This document shows positions 29,450 through 42,160 of a stretch of 64,000 nt of DNA, in pieces. How positions within the stretch are numbered: the first letter of the stretch is position 1; each line of letters opens with the position of its first letter. A program made the position numbers and the translations under genes. The notes below the pieces were generated by a model, which was not told the DNA's origin, did not search any database, and saw nothing but the letters and a program-made list of their open reading frames with translations. Source of the stretch: the human T2T-CHM13v2.0 reference genome, Homo sapiens; NCBI RefSeq assembly GCF_009914755.1, contig NC_060931.1; one strand, 5' to 3'.

Positions 29450-30370
29450 CGCATTTGCAACAATTAAGTGCAGCAGAGGTAGACACCTGACCCTAGTTGA
29501 ACCAATCAGATTCCTCCACCCAGATATTTGGAATTGAAACTTAGAGAAGTCAAATGAGTTCTGCATGCAGCTAAAATTGCCACAGGTTAACTTGTTGAGG
29601 GCTCTTCAGATGCTCTTAAGGTGCTTTTTCTCATGTGCCCAGAGGGTCAAAGAAAGCCAGGCTATGAAAAAAGAAAGGATCAGAAATACAGAGAGAAGCA
29701 GAGATGCAGACAGAGGAAGGATTCTAAAAATTTTCAGTTCCTGTTTCCAGTCTCTTCCTGAAGTCCATTCTTACCCTTGGATTTCCTGTATCTTTATAAT
29801 AAATTCCCCATTTTTGTTAAAGCCAGCTCAAAAGTATTTGTTATTTATAACAAAAAAGTCCTAACTATCAATAATAAAAAATTGAATGCCTGGTATAAAT
29901 GTAGCATAGACCACCGATTATTTATAGAACCCTCTGAGTTTTAGCTGAGTACCTGGTTGTTGAGGTAAAGCCTGCATTTCCCAGCCTCCCTTGCAGTTAG
30001 GCGTCACCCTGTGACTACGTTCAGTCTCACAGGATGTGAATGAAGGTCAGGCGTGCGACTTTGAAGTTATCTCCTTTAGACAAGAAGCCTGCCCTAAATT
30101 TCCTCTTTTACAACTCTCGCTAGCTGGATAATGGTGACCACTGGGACAATTGCCTTGAACCAGAGACAAAAATACATTTGAGAAGGACAGACCCAATCTA
30201 CCAACAAATATACTGGTTGACCTTCAGGAGAAAAGATTCTACCAAGATCTTCAGACCACCTGCCTGACTTTGGACTATTCACACAAGAGAAAATAAACTC
30301 CTATCTTATCTGCACCTCTATACTATGAGATCTTTTTGATACAGAAGACCAGACTCCCCTAATCAATACA
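29450..30370 (+). mobile_element. Two old MaLR LTR remnants (MLT1J/K/L-like)
   Basis: 'gacacctgaccctagttgaaccaatcagattc…aataaattccccatttttgttaaagccagc…cctaactat' and 'ctgcatttcccagcctcccttgcagttaggcgtcaccctgtgactacgttc…gagaaaataaactcctatc…cctaatcaataca'. Confidence 0.7.
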
Positions 30371-30926
30371 GAGAGGTTGTCATAACAGACCTTTATAAAA
30401 AATGCAGAATAAGCCAAGCAGAGGATATGAGGGTTAATAATTCTCATTCCAGGACGAAAAGCTGAATGAAGTGCAACATGAAAGGGACAAACATCAGTCC
30501 AGGGTTTCCCAGCTGGAAGTAGACAGAGAAAACATATTTAGTGAACTGAAATTGCTGAAGTCTAAATCAAGAAACTGAATAGATGTCTTTCCAAACTGAG
30601 TTCTGCACATCACCCCTTGCTGTGTATATGATTGATGCTTCTATAGGGAACTGCGGGATCCTAGCAATTAGAAAAGGATCTGGGAAGAGTCAGAGAAGTG
30701 AGGAAACACACTCTCCAGGTGCCTCCAGCAAGTCTCTGTCCCTACTCCTTCTGCAAACATATCACAATGCCCTTAATTATAATGTTTAGTACAGGTTTAT
30801 GGGGAGAAGGGAAATCACAGAAGAGACTAGAGATGAAGGGCTCCCAGACATTCTTCATTTTCCTAGGTTTTTATAAACATTTATTGATTCTACTGACACT
30901 CAGCTATTAAGAAAAGGTAGAGCCTC

Positions 30927-31221
30927 GCCGAGCGCGGTGGCTCACACCTGTAATTCCAGCACTTTGGGAGGCCAAGGCAGGCAGATCACAAGGTCAGGAG
31001 ATCGAGACCATCCTGGCCAACATGGTGAAACGCTGTCTCTACTAAAAATACAAAAATTAGCCAGGTATGGTGGCACACGCCTGTAATCCCAGCTACTCAG
31101 GAGGCTGAGGCAGGAGAATCGCTTGAACCCAGAGTCAGAGGTTGCAGTGAGCCAAAATTGTGCCACTGCACTCCAGCCTGGCAACAGAGTGAGACTCCAT
31201 CAAAAAAAAAAAAATGAAACA
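30927..31221 (+). mobile_element. AluSc-like with 18-bp TSD
   Basis: 'gagatcgagaccatcctggccaacatgg' and 'cagcctggcaacag'. TSD aagaaaaggtagagcctc at 30909-30926 and 31222-31239. Confidence 0.93.
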
Positions 31222-31390
31222 AAGAAAAGGTAGAGCCTCAACACAATAACTCTAAGAAATATCACTCATCTAGGTATTTGGATTATTAAACTGAAGTATT
31301 CACAAGGCATAACCCAAAGGTTACAGGTTTTGGCAAACTGAATCATGTTAACTGAAATCGGCAGGCAGTCCACTAAAATTTTATAAGATT

Positions 31391-31990
<600 letters not shown>

Positions 31991-33009
31991 GACTATATTG
32001 CTAGGAAAAATGTAATCCTAGCCAACTGTAGCAAAAAAGTAAAAGTAAATACAAATAAAACTGTATTCTATAACAATCACCCCACCTTTTTCCTTTTACC
32101 TTAGGAAAGTTTTGATTTGTGGAATTATTCTTTTCACAAGACTAAATTATTCAAACAGCTTGAGACTGGTTCCTCTTCTCTCCCTGAAAATTCACCTGTC
32201 CTAATCTTTTCTCTTCCTTCCCAAATGATGGTCACCTTACTAATAATAAAATTCATGCTCATGAGAGAGTAAATTGATATCTACAAATCTCACCCCCACC
32301 CCTGAGCTAACTGATGATTGTGACTCCTGCTTTTGCTGTCCCATGTGAAGTAGCTAAAACAGTCATCTCTAGGCCACAGACGAACAGAGGAGAAAAATCA
32401 CTGGGTCAGAAGGGGTCAGGCAGCACTCATCAACTCACAGCACAGAGACCACTTCCTTTGGTGCACACACATAAAAGACCATAACCGTTAGACTCACATC
32501 TAGCAGATGCTCTGAGCTCAATGAATTACAGGCAATTCTTAGAAGCCAGAGTATTTCTACACAAATACCAAGATCCTAGAAGCCAAAAAGAAACTTTTGA
32601 TTTGTTGAGGGACCTAGGAGATATTATCAGGTCTCAAGGAGTTTCAGTTTCAGACATACTCTCAGGAACCCAAGTTATTTTGGATTAACTTAGGTCCAGG
32701 TGCCAGACTGAATCCACACACAAATGGACTTGAATTCTTCACTTACTGACTTAGAAATGTCCATGGCATCCACTAAAATCAGGTCATTCTAGAGCAGGCA
32801 AAACTTCTCAGACTGCTTATAAGTTAAAATGCCAAAACCCCTATAACAACCAATAAAGTAAGACTTTAAGACTCAAGTATGGTACATAATTAAAAATCAA
32901 CTATCACTATTTCCTTTATATTTTTGAACTCAAATTAAAACTGAGATGACAAATTCAAAGTAATAGATAAAGGTAAAACAAACACTGACAGGAAATGAAA
33001 GTTTGAATT

Positions 33010-34780
33010 CTGTTTCCAGCAATAATGGAAGACAAGTAATTAAGTGAAAAACCTACGAGTACAGTATACCCAATAATGTTAACTAGCAGTTTAAAAATCA
33101 TTTTGACACCTGTCTTGGCAAGGGAAGACAGTCAAGGAATTCCCCAACCAGCAGAAACATGAGCAACTGCAGATCTACAAAGACAAGTAAGTCTCAGAGT
33201 AGGAATTTGCCCGGTACTGCTTGCCAATCCCTGACAAAACAGAGTTCTAGACTCAGTAAGTTTCCACTTGAGGGATGACAGGCGGAGTCCAGGACCTGAG
33301 TATAACAAAGAAAACCTACCAAAACCAGGAGCCTTGAAAAAAGAGCATTATTGTCAGTGTCTGAAAGAAATATCCCTGTTTAGTGTCTATGGAGATACCT
33401 GCCTATTGCAGCTTTGCCTCTGAGTGGAGGGCAGAAAGAGGTTGGAGAAATTTAATGATCTTCAATTCCTAATCACAAGCCTCCATCTCAGGTGTCTAAG
33501 GCAAGAATTCACATCACCTATATGGTTCAAAATAACCTATTAGAAAATGCAGATTAAAGTGATCCAGGGTTGGTAGGATACACAGTTTCCTGACAAAAGG
33601 AACCCAAACCTTCTATAGACAAACTCATTTTAATACATACCTTAAGAAAGTCCCATAGTTAATGCTCTGAGATTGGCTCACAGTGAAAAAGTCCACCAAA
33701 TACCAAGGAACAAACAATCATGAGGGAGAACCAAGATTTAAACTAGTAACTGTCAAGTAAGGCCATCAAAGATGGTTGCTTTTATAATAATCAGAAGAAG
33801 CCTACAAAATGAGTTTACCTGATATATTTAAATAAATAAAAGAGACTACTGAAAGTGCAATGAAGAAAGAAAATATTATGGGAGCTGACCAGACATATTT
33901 GAAAAAGAACAAAATAAAATTTTTTGAAGTGAGTAATGTGATAACTAGAATTAGGAACTCAAAGTTTGGATTAAGCAACAGATTAGCCAAAGATGAAGAC
34001 AAATTTGTGAACTGCGAGACATATCTGGATAAGTTACTCAAAATGAAACACAGAGAATCAAAAGAGTGGAAAATATTAAAGTTAAAAGATGTAAAAATAG
34101 AGATTCCAACATATATCTGTCTAATTAGAGTTTCAGAAATGGATGAGAAAAAAGATGTAGAAGAAATATTCACAAATATAGTGACAGACATTTCCTAATA
34201 TGATGAAAGATGTTAATCCTCAAATATAGGAAGTTCAAGGTTTTTATCAGAATTACATAAAAGAAATCTATATCTAGACATATTATAGTGAAAGTGCAGA
34301 ATATCAAAGACAAAGAGTTCTTAAAACATCCAAAAGGAAAAGACAGATTAGCTAAAAAGAACAATGAATTGACTAATGGATGATTTATCTTTTTATATTT
34401 TTTTTATTATACTTTAAGTTCTAGGGTACATGTGCACAACGTGCAGGTTTATTACATATGTATACATATGCCATGTTGGTGTGCTGCACCCATTAACTCG
34501 TCATTTACATTAGGTATATCTCCTAATGCTATCCCTTCCCCCTCCCCCCACCCCACAACAGGCCCCATTGTGTGATGTTCCCCTTCCTGTGTCCAAGTGT
34601 TCTCATTGTTCAATTCCCACCTATGAGTGAGCACATGCGGTGTTTGGTTTTTTGTCCTTGCAATAGTTTGCTGAGATGGATGATTTCTCAGTGACAATAA
34701 TGGAAGAGTGGAAAGTAATAACTTCAAAGTACTAACAAAAATGTAGCTGTCAACGTAGAATCTTATACCCTATGAAATTA
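33010..34780 (+). mobile_element. Ancient L1M 5' region and ORF1 relic
   Basis: Track ORF 33860..34198 is a degenerate L1 ORF1p (…IRNSKFGLSNRL…EDKF…ICLIRVSE…EEIF…IV.D). It continues 'tctagacatattatagtgaaagtgcagaatatcaaagacaaagag' and 'gaatcttataccctatgaaattatc'. Confidence 0.8.
34390..34675 (-). mobile_element. 5'-truncated young L1PA (L1PA3-5-like) 3' end nested in L1M
   Basis: 'attatactttaagttctagggtacatgtgcacaacgtgcagg…'. TSD atggatgattt(a/c)tc at 34376-34389 and 34676-34689. Confidence 0.92.
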
Positions 34781-34784
34781 TCTC

Positions 34785-36015
34785 TCATTCAATCATTCAC
34801 TCCATTTAACAAAAATATATTATGTACTTACTATGTGTTGGATAGTGATGAGAATCCATCAGTGGATAAAATAGACAAAAAATATTCCTGCTCCACTAGA
34901 GTTTACATTTCAATGGGGGGAAGAGCCAATAAATAATAACTCTAATAAATAAGTAAAATATGCTGTGAAAGGAATGGACCCAGATAAGGGAAGTAAGATT
35001 GACAAGTAGCAGAGGTCTACAAATTTAAATAGGGCTATTGGAAGAGGATTCATAAAGAAGGCGAGATTTAAGCAAAGACTTCAACTTAGTTAGGGGTTTC
35101 TTGCAAGGAAGAGTGTTCCAGACAGAGATAATAGACAGTACAAAGCCCTGTGGTCAGAGTATTCCAGAAACAGGAGGCCAATGTGGATGGAACCCAGTGA
35201 GCAGGGGCCAATTTAAGGACTTTGGCTTTTACTCAGTGAGATAGTAAATGAAAGAGGAGCGAGTGAAGTGTTGACATGAATTTTAGCAGGATCACACTAA
35301 CTGCTCTTTGAAAGTATATAGTGCTATGGGTGGGGTGAAGGGTGAGACAAAAGGGAAATTAATTAGGAGACATTGAAGTAATCCAGGCTCAAGATGAGGA
35401 CGGTTTAGACCAGGGAACAGAATCCACGAACAGAGCAATGGAGTGGTGAGAAGTGGTTGTTTCAGAGCAGGGAACAGAAGCAGGAACAGAAGGAGTGAAA
35501 TGGTGAGAGGTGGCTGGATTCTGGATTTATTTTGAGTATAAAATGACAAGATTTCCTAATAGATTGGGCAAGAGGAGACTCTAGATAACTGAATTATTTT
35601 GTCCAAAATACTGGAAAAAAAGAAGGGATCTTTAACCTCCATTGCGGCTATGGATGAAGTAGCTTCAATAGGAAGAGGGAAGACATCAGCAATTTTCTTC
35701 GGGAATGTTGAGTTTGAAACATCTATTAGACATCAGTGTGTAGATGCAAACCAGAAGTTGCACAATTTAGTCAGGAGCTCTGGAGAAAGGTTTTTCACTA
35801 TAGATGTAAATCTGCGAGTCATTCACATAGGGTCGCTAATTAAACGCACAACACTCGATGAGATCATCAAGAGAAGGACTGTAGATACAGAAAAAAAAAA
35901 AATGGCCCAAAGACTAATCTCTGAGAAACTTTAAGCGATCAGGGAGATAAGGGTAAATGGATCCAGAAAGAATGATTGATAGAGTAAAAAGGAAAACCGA
36001 AAGAATTATGGTGTA
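34785..36015 (-). mobile_element. L2 LINE remnant
   Basis: Antisense L2 tail 'cattcaatcattcactccatttaacaaaaatatattatgtacttactatgtg' and body motifs ('aggactttggcttttactcagtgag', 'tggctggattctggatttattttg', 'gttgagtttgaaacatctattagacatc'). Confidence 0.8.
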
Positions 36016-36019
36016 TCCA

Positions 36020-36740
36020 GTTAAAATCTTTGAAACTGACAAAAATGGCTAAGCATCCAACTTAATGAACTGAGAAATAGAATAGCAGAATTGCCTCTGA
36101 AAAAGAAGGATGAAAAAATAATTATTAGAGCTGAACTCAGTAAAAAACAATGCAAATATAAAGTTAAAACCATCAAAAAAGTTAGTTATTAGAGAAATAA
36201 CAAAAATAACCTCCAGCAAAGTTGACCAAGGGGAATAAATATAATTCACAAATACATAATGTAGGGAATGAGAGGGAAGACATAACTAGATGCTGGTGAG
36301 AGTTAAAAAGATATTAAAAACAAGTTTACACCAATAAATTTGAAAGCCCAAGTGAAATTAAGAAATCACCAAAGACATAAACTATTAGAACTGAATCAAG
36401 TAAAAGCAGAAAACTATTATAGTCTTATTAAGGAAATTTAACCAATAGTTTAAAATCTTCCCAAAGGATAACCCAAGGCTTCTATAATTTTATAAGGAGA
36501 ATTTCACAAAAATTAATGGAAGAGATTATTCTGATATTATAAAAACTCTTTCAAAGTTTTGAGGAAAAGAAATTGTATTCCTCAATGTATTTTTATTGCC
36601 TGCAGTAAGTACACAGTGGAGAAAATTAGTATCATTGATGAACAGAGATGGAGATATCCTAAAATATTTATTAGCAAATGAAAACCAGCAATGTACAATT
36701 AAAATAATAACTCATGAAAAAGTAAAGTTTATTTCTGGCT
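36020..36740 (+). mobile_element. L1M ORF2 remnant
   Basis: 'ccaataaatttgaaagcccaagtgaaattaagaaatc', 'aaggaaatttaaccaatagtttaaaatcttccc', 'aaaatatttattagcaaatgaaaaccagcaatg'. Confidence 0.7.
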
Positions 36741-38200
36741 TAAAATTGCTCCCATTGTCCCAACTCCTGCATTCCACATCCAACTAAATAAAACAAAAAC
36801 TCTTAATTTTCAGCCTTTTCTCCTGAGATCAGACAATAAAGAACTCCGAGACATTAAGTGTTCATCACTGGACTCAGCTATTAAACATTATTTCTTCATG
36901 TAGTTTGTCTTGACTCTAGGCAATGGGGCATCCATGCAGTAAACTCCTTTACAACAGTCAACATAAAACCAAATGGAAATTTGACAAAACCAAATATACT
37001 TTCTCCTCCCTATCTTGTTTCCCCACCAAGTAAATTCTGAAATTGAGAAGTTTGTTTCTGTTGGCTTTTAACCTCCAAATAATTACATATTCCAAAACAC
37101 CAACATCTTTTTCACACTTAATCTAAAATTAACTTTTAACAACTATAAAAGTATAGTTGTTATGCTTTGTTTGCTTTCATAGTTTTACTACTAGTCTTGT
37201 ATTTCTTACTTAAAATTGCTCAGTGTTAATCAGAAGGCCTTACTTCTGTTTAAGCTCCTCTTCTTTGGGTGGTGGAACTATAAGTGCCCATTCTCAACTT
37301 CACTCTATTTTCAAGATTTTCAATGACATGCATGAATTATTTTTACAATAGAAAAAAATTATTTAGTAAATTTTAGAATTCAGGGAATAAATTGCATTAG
37401 AACAGCTGGGACACCCAATACAATATTGAATACATGTATCAACACTGGACATTCTTGTCAGTTTTATTTTGGAGAAACTAGAACTATAATTCAATGGCAT
37501 TAAAAAAAATAAAATAAAAACTATGACCTACCTTTCTGCTTGACAACCAAACCACCACAGTCACACGGTTATATATCACATGGTTGGGGATATTAAGGAA
37601 AAACAACAGCAACAACCCTGGCACCTACTCTTCAAATAAAATGCTTGCATTTTTATTGTCACATTGTTTTCTTGCAGAGTGTATAGTTAGGGGAATGCTA
37701 TTTTAATATTATGCTAAAGGAAGTGAAACTAACACTTAAAAATTCATAAGAAGAGTTTTCATGTTCTTATATTAGCATTCAGAGGTAGAGTAAGGGTGAT
37801 TGGAAGGCATGTGAGTGTGACTCAAACCCACATCATATTTGTTTATATTAAAATAATGCCTTCCTGATATATGGCTTTATCCGGAATCAAAGTGCTAAAC
37901 ATTAATTTTTGTATGCATCCCTCTTAAATGACTATAATTAATGTAAAATCAGGATTTGGAGTTCTAAAATTATGAATTCTAAACATAATTTAAACATAAT
38001 TTTATCCAAACCACAGTATTCTCATTGGTCTCCTTTAGAAAGAATGCAGTGCACTGTTTAGTGAGTTTTTCTGGCATTTCACATGCTTAATCAGTAGCAT
38101 ATGAAAATAAAGAAATATGTGAGAAAGTCTGAATTTCTTTTAAAAGAATGATCAATCTTAAATTCAAAATAGATTTCTTGTAACATTAATCTAAACATAG

Positions 38201-38530
<330 letters not shown>

Positions 38531-39119
38531 CTAGCTGTTGAAATTTTTATTCTTCAGTTGGATTTTTCTTCTCCTTGTAGTAGGGTTTGTTTTTTGGTTT
38601 TGGTTTTGGTTTTTTTCCAAAATGAGAACTTGTTACAATGGAATTTTTTTTTTCATTCAACAGGACAAATATGCTTATCTCTTAATATCATTATAAAAAT
38701 TTTTATATTTGGGAGATTTACATTTTAATGGATGAAATAATGCATGGACATATCTAGTCTCAGATAATATGAAGTGACAGATTTAATTGGTTTATAAAAT
38801 ACTACTGAAACCTGAATTGATTTGTTTCACTGGGTTAAATATTTGTTTTCCATCCATACTAATTCAGGAAGCACCTTGGATGTAAACAAAGATAAAATTT
38901 CTAGAAGATTTTTCATTTCTTCCCAATACAGGAAGTAGAATAGTTTAAACAAATATAAATCTCTCTGTGACCACTTTTTCTCAAAAAAAAAGGTAGTAAA
39001 CCCTTTCTTATTGAGGGTGCAGAGTAATACTCATCTCTCCAAGTACACCTAGATTAAACTTTGAATTAATAAAAAAGTGGTATTTAGGAGCAATTTGCGC
39101 AAAAAGTTTAGTTCAGTTA

Positions 39120-40935
39120 AAAAATGTCAAGGACTCCCATTGCCAGCCAAGATAGAAGAACAAGGATCATATTTACCCTCATACCTTAAACAACTAAAAA
39201 GTCAAAGAAAACATATGAAACAATTTTCCGACATGGAACAACAGGCACCACAGAAGCATGATCCTGATAAAAGAAAATAAACTAGGGAATAAACCCAAGA
39301 AGAGGGGATCTAAACAGAGTCCAGTGTTCTTTTTGAATTGAGAAGACAGAGATGAGAATTTGGGAGGCTCAATGCAGTTAGAATTTGCAGGGCAGAGTTT
39401 ACCAAAGTAAAAAGAGCTGCAAAGAGAAGAAGCTCCTGAGATCTGCAGAGGGTTCCCCTAGAGTCTTCAAGCGGGTACTGATCAGGGCATGTGTGTAAGC
39501 AAACTACATGAGACCAGGCAATGACTGGAAAGGAGCAGAAGGAACAATTTCCAGAAATCACATAAAGCTGGGAATGGTTATTTCCAAAAGCCAGAGGGGA
39601 GAAATATTATATTACACAGGACATACATCAAGAAATGTACTCAGAATCGTATTGCCTTAGTAATGGAGACAAAACCAGCCTCCTCTGGTTCCACCTAGCA
39701 AAGTTGAAAAAGTAGTTGTGAAAGGATAAATATGTTTCTGAGCGACTTAATTGCATCCTAGAGCAAAGCTCAAAAATATTTTCTTAAAAAAATACTAAAA
39801 ATTCCATAAGCTCACAATGGTCGATATCCAAGCAAAAATTATTAGTCATGCAAGAAATTAGGAAAATATGACCAATGAGAGGGAGAAAAATCATTCAACA
39901 AAAACTGACCAATGAATGAAGCAAATGACAGAGATAGTAAAAGCACATTAAAACAGCTACTATGACCCCACACCATATGTTCAAGAAGGTAGAGGAAAGC
40001 ATAAGCATGTTGAGGCGAGCCACGAAAGATATTTTTAAAACCTAAATCTAAGTTATAGAGGAAGAAAGTACAATGCCTCAAATAAAAATTATACTGGACA
40101 ATATAAATCCCAGCCTGAAGACTGGAAAAACTTGCAAGCAGGAAATACCAACAGGCTGGACAAATAGCAATGACATCCCTTATCCTTTGAGCAAATTAGG
40201 TTAGGCAGTGGTGGCGATGTTGTGGGTGTTTTTGTTTTGTTTCGTTTTGTTTTGTTTTTTTGAGACAGAGTCTCGTTCTGTTGCCCAGACTGGAGTGCAC
40301 TGGCGCAATCTCGGCTCACTGCAATCCGCCTCCTGTGTTCAAGGGATTCTCCTGCCTCCGCTTCCTGAGTAGCTGGGATCTACAGGCATGAGCCACCATG
40401 TCCGGCTAATTTTTGTATTTTTAGTAGAGACGGGTTTTTACCGTGTTGGTCAGGCTGGTCTCAAACTCCTGACCTCGTGATCCACCCACCTCGGCCTCCC
40501 AAAGTGCTGGGATTACAGCGTAAGCCACCGTGCCCAGCTGGCTATTTTTAATTTCTTTGTTGTCACAGTTGTGGTTATTGCTTTCTGTTTTGCATTCCTC
40601 CTCTGATCATTCACTTTACCAGTAGTAATTAACAATAATTGGACAAAGAGGAAAAAAAAAAGCTCTTCCTTCCTTTACTATTTTAGCAAACCAAATAAAA
40701 TGTATAATGAAGTAAAAATTTTAAACCACTAGGTAAGATTGGAATGAATTGGACACTGCATAAAAAAAAGATTAGGAAAGTTAAAGAAACAGCAACAGAA
40801 ATTGTTGGACAAAATTAAACAAAGACAGAAAAAGACTTAAAAAATTAGGAGGACACCAGTGAGCTGTGAGATAACTTCAAGTGGCCTGATAACACATGTA
40901 ACTGGAATCATAGAAAAAGGAAGAAAACAGAAAAG
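39120..40935 (+). mobile_element. L1M 5' UTR/ORF1 remnant interrupted by a ~640-bp insert
   Basis: L1M-like 5' region ('agctcctgagatctgcagagggttccccta') and ORF1 ('ggaaaatatgaccaatgagagggagaaaaatcattcaac', 'ggacactgcataaaaaaaagattagg', 'gacaccagtgagctgtgagataacttcaagtggcctgataacacatgtaactggaatc'). Confidence 0.7.
40227..40540 (-). mobile_element. AluS (Sg-like)
   Basis: Antisense dimer with a (TTTTG)n tail and 'ctgacctcgtgatccaccc'. No clear TSD. Confidence 0.92.
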
Positions 40936-41656
40936 TGTCCCCAGGTTTTAAAATCTCATGTCTGTGACCCATCTCTTAAAGCAGGGGATTAGATGAAATT
41001 GTAAGGAGAGAAGAGTGTTTCTGCTCTTAGTGGTAAAGTACACAGGGCCAGCTAACCATTGCCTTGAAACAGACATTAAGAGGACTGTTCTTTAATTTTA
41101 GTTATGCATCTTGAACTCAATGGCCATTCTTCAAATGATGCTAGTCTTCCTATTCCTTATAAACATCCTCCCAAGTTGATATATGTACTGGGTGACCTAT
41201 GAAATGAGAGGGTGAGATGCATAGAACAGTCCAGGCTTAGAGAAAAAAGAATTTTTCCAGGCTCTGAAACTCTGTCGATTTCAAATGCACCTCCTTTTCT
41301 TTCTCTATCTCCATTCCTCACTTTCTTCAGATGGAGGCTTTACTATCTCCTGGTATATCACTGAGCTCCTATTCAAAATCACTTTTGAAGGAGTACGTAA
41401 CTAACATGTACTCCTTCAAGAGTTTCATAATTCTTGAAAGCATGGTAGGAATGATGGCATTCATTCAGGTATATTTTTATTTATTCAAAATCTTCTATGG
41501 GTTAGATGCTATGAAATGGACTGGGAATATATATTAATGAACAAGGCAGATACATTCCTGATCCATGGAAATTACAGACTGCCTAGAGAGATTGGCATTG
41601 CACTTATAATAGCATTAATGAATATATAATTCTTTAAGATATTAAGTATTAATATT

Positions 41657-42160
41657 TGCATCAGCCTAATTCCTTTCTCCCAGGTTCTGTTTTATTATCA
41701 CAGGAAACCAGATATATCCCTGCAAACTCTATCTTCTAGAATTTTTTGCCAATTGACTTCCAGTTTGGTTTGGCCAATAAGAGGCATTGGTGCAAGATTA
41801 GAGGGTAGTAGGAGGGGAGAAATCGCGGATCTTCCTCTCTTGGATATTAATTCTCTCTTTGTTTTGTGGTGGTATCTCTGAAAGGGACTGGAAACCTTTC
41901 ACAGGGGTCTCAGCCTTGGCCCTGGTTTTTCCTCTTCTGCCATACTATCCCTTGCCAAATTTTCCTCTTTGGTGGTTCTAGCCCCTGCTATGCACCCCCG
42001 GAAGTCACAAATACATTCTCAGTCTCTGAGTTACCTCATTTTCAGTTGTTGCTTTCAATGCTTTCACCAGTTATGTAACCAATTCTCTCTATTAGATTCA
42101 CTCTCCTTGAAAGACCTAGTACGATTTCTGTTTCCCTGACTGAAACACATCATTCTGATG
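41657..42160 (+). mobile_element. LTR33/LTR16-like ERVL LTR nested in an antisense L2 (~41460-42300)
   Basis: End 'tgtaaccaattctctctattagattcactctccttgaaagacctagtacgatttctgtttccctgactga'. L2 tail 'cattcattcaggtatattt…attcaaaatcttctatg' lies upstream. Confidence 0.6.

Noticed and set aside
33860-34198. 112-aa L1 ORF1p-like open frame as a possible domesticated gene
   Set aside because: It is a partial, degenerate ORF1 bounded by frameshifts/stops and interrupted downstream by an L1PA. Its length is compatible with a decayed relic.
37137-37162. 11-bp AT-rich hairpin (taacaactata-aaag-tatagttgtta)
   Set aside because: It is within chance expectation for AT-rich DNA and has no supporting context.
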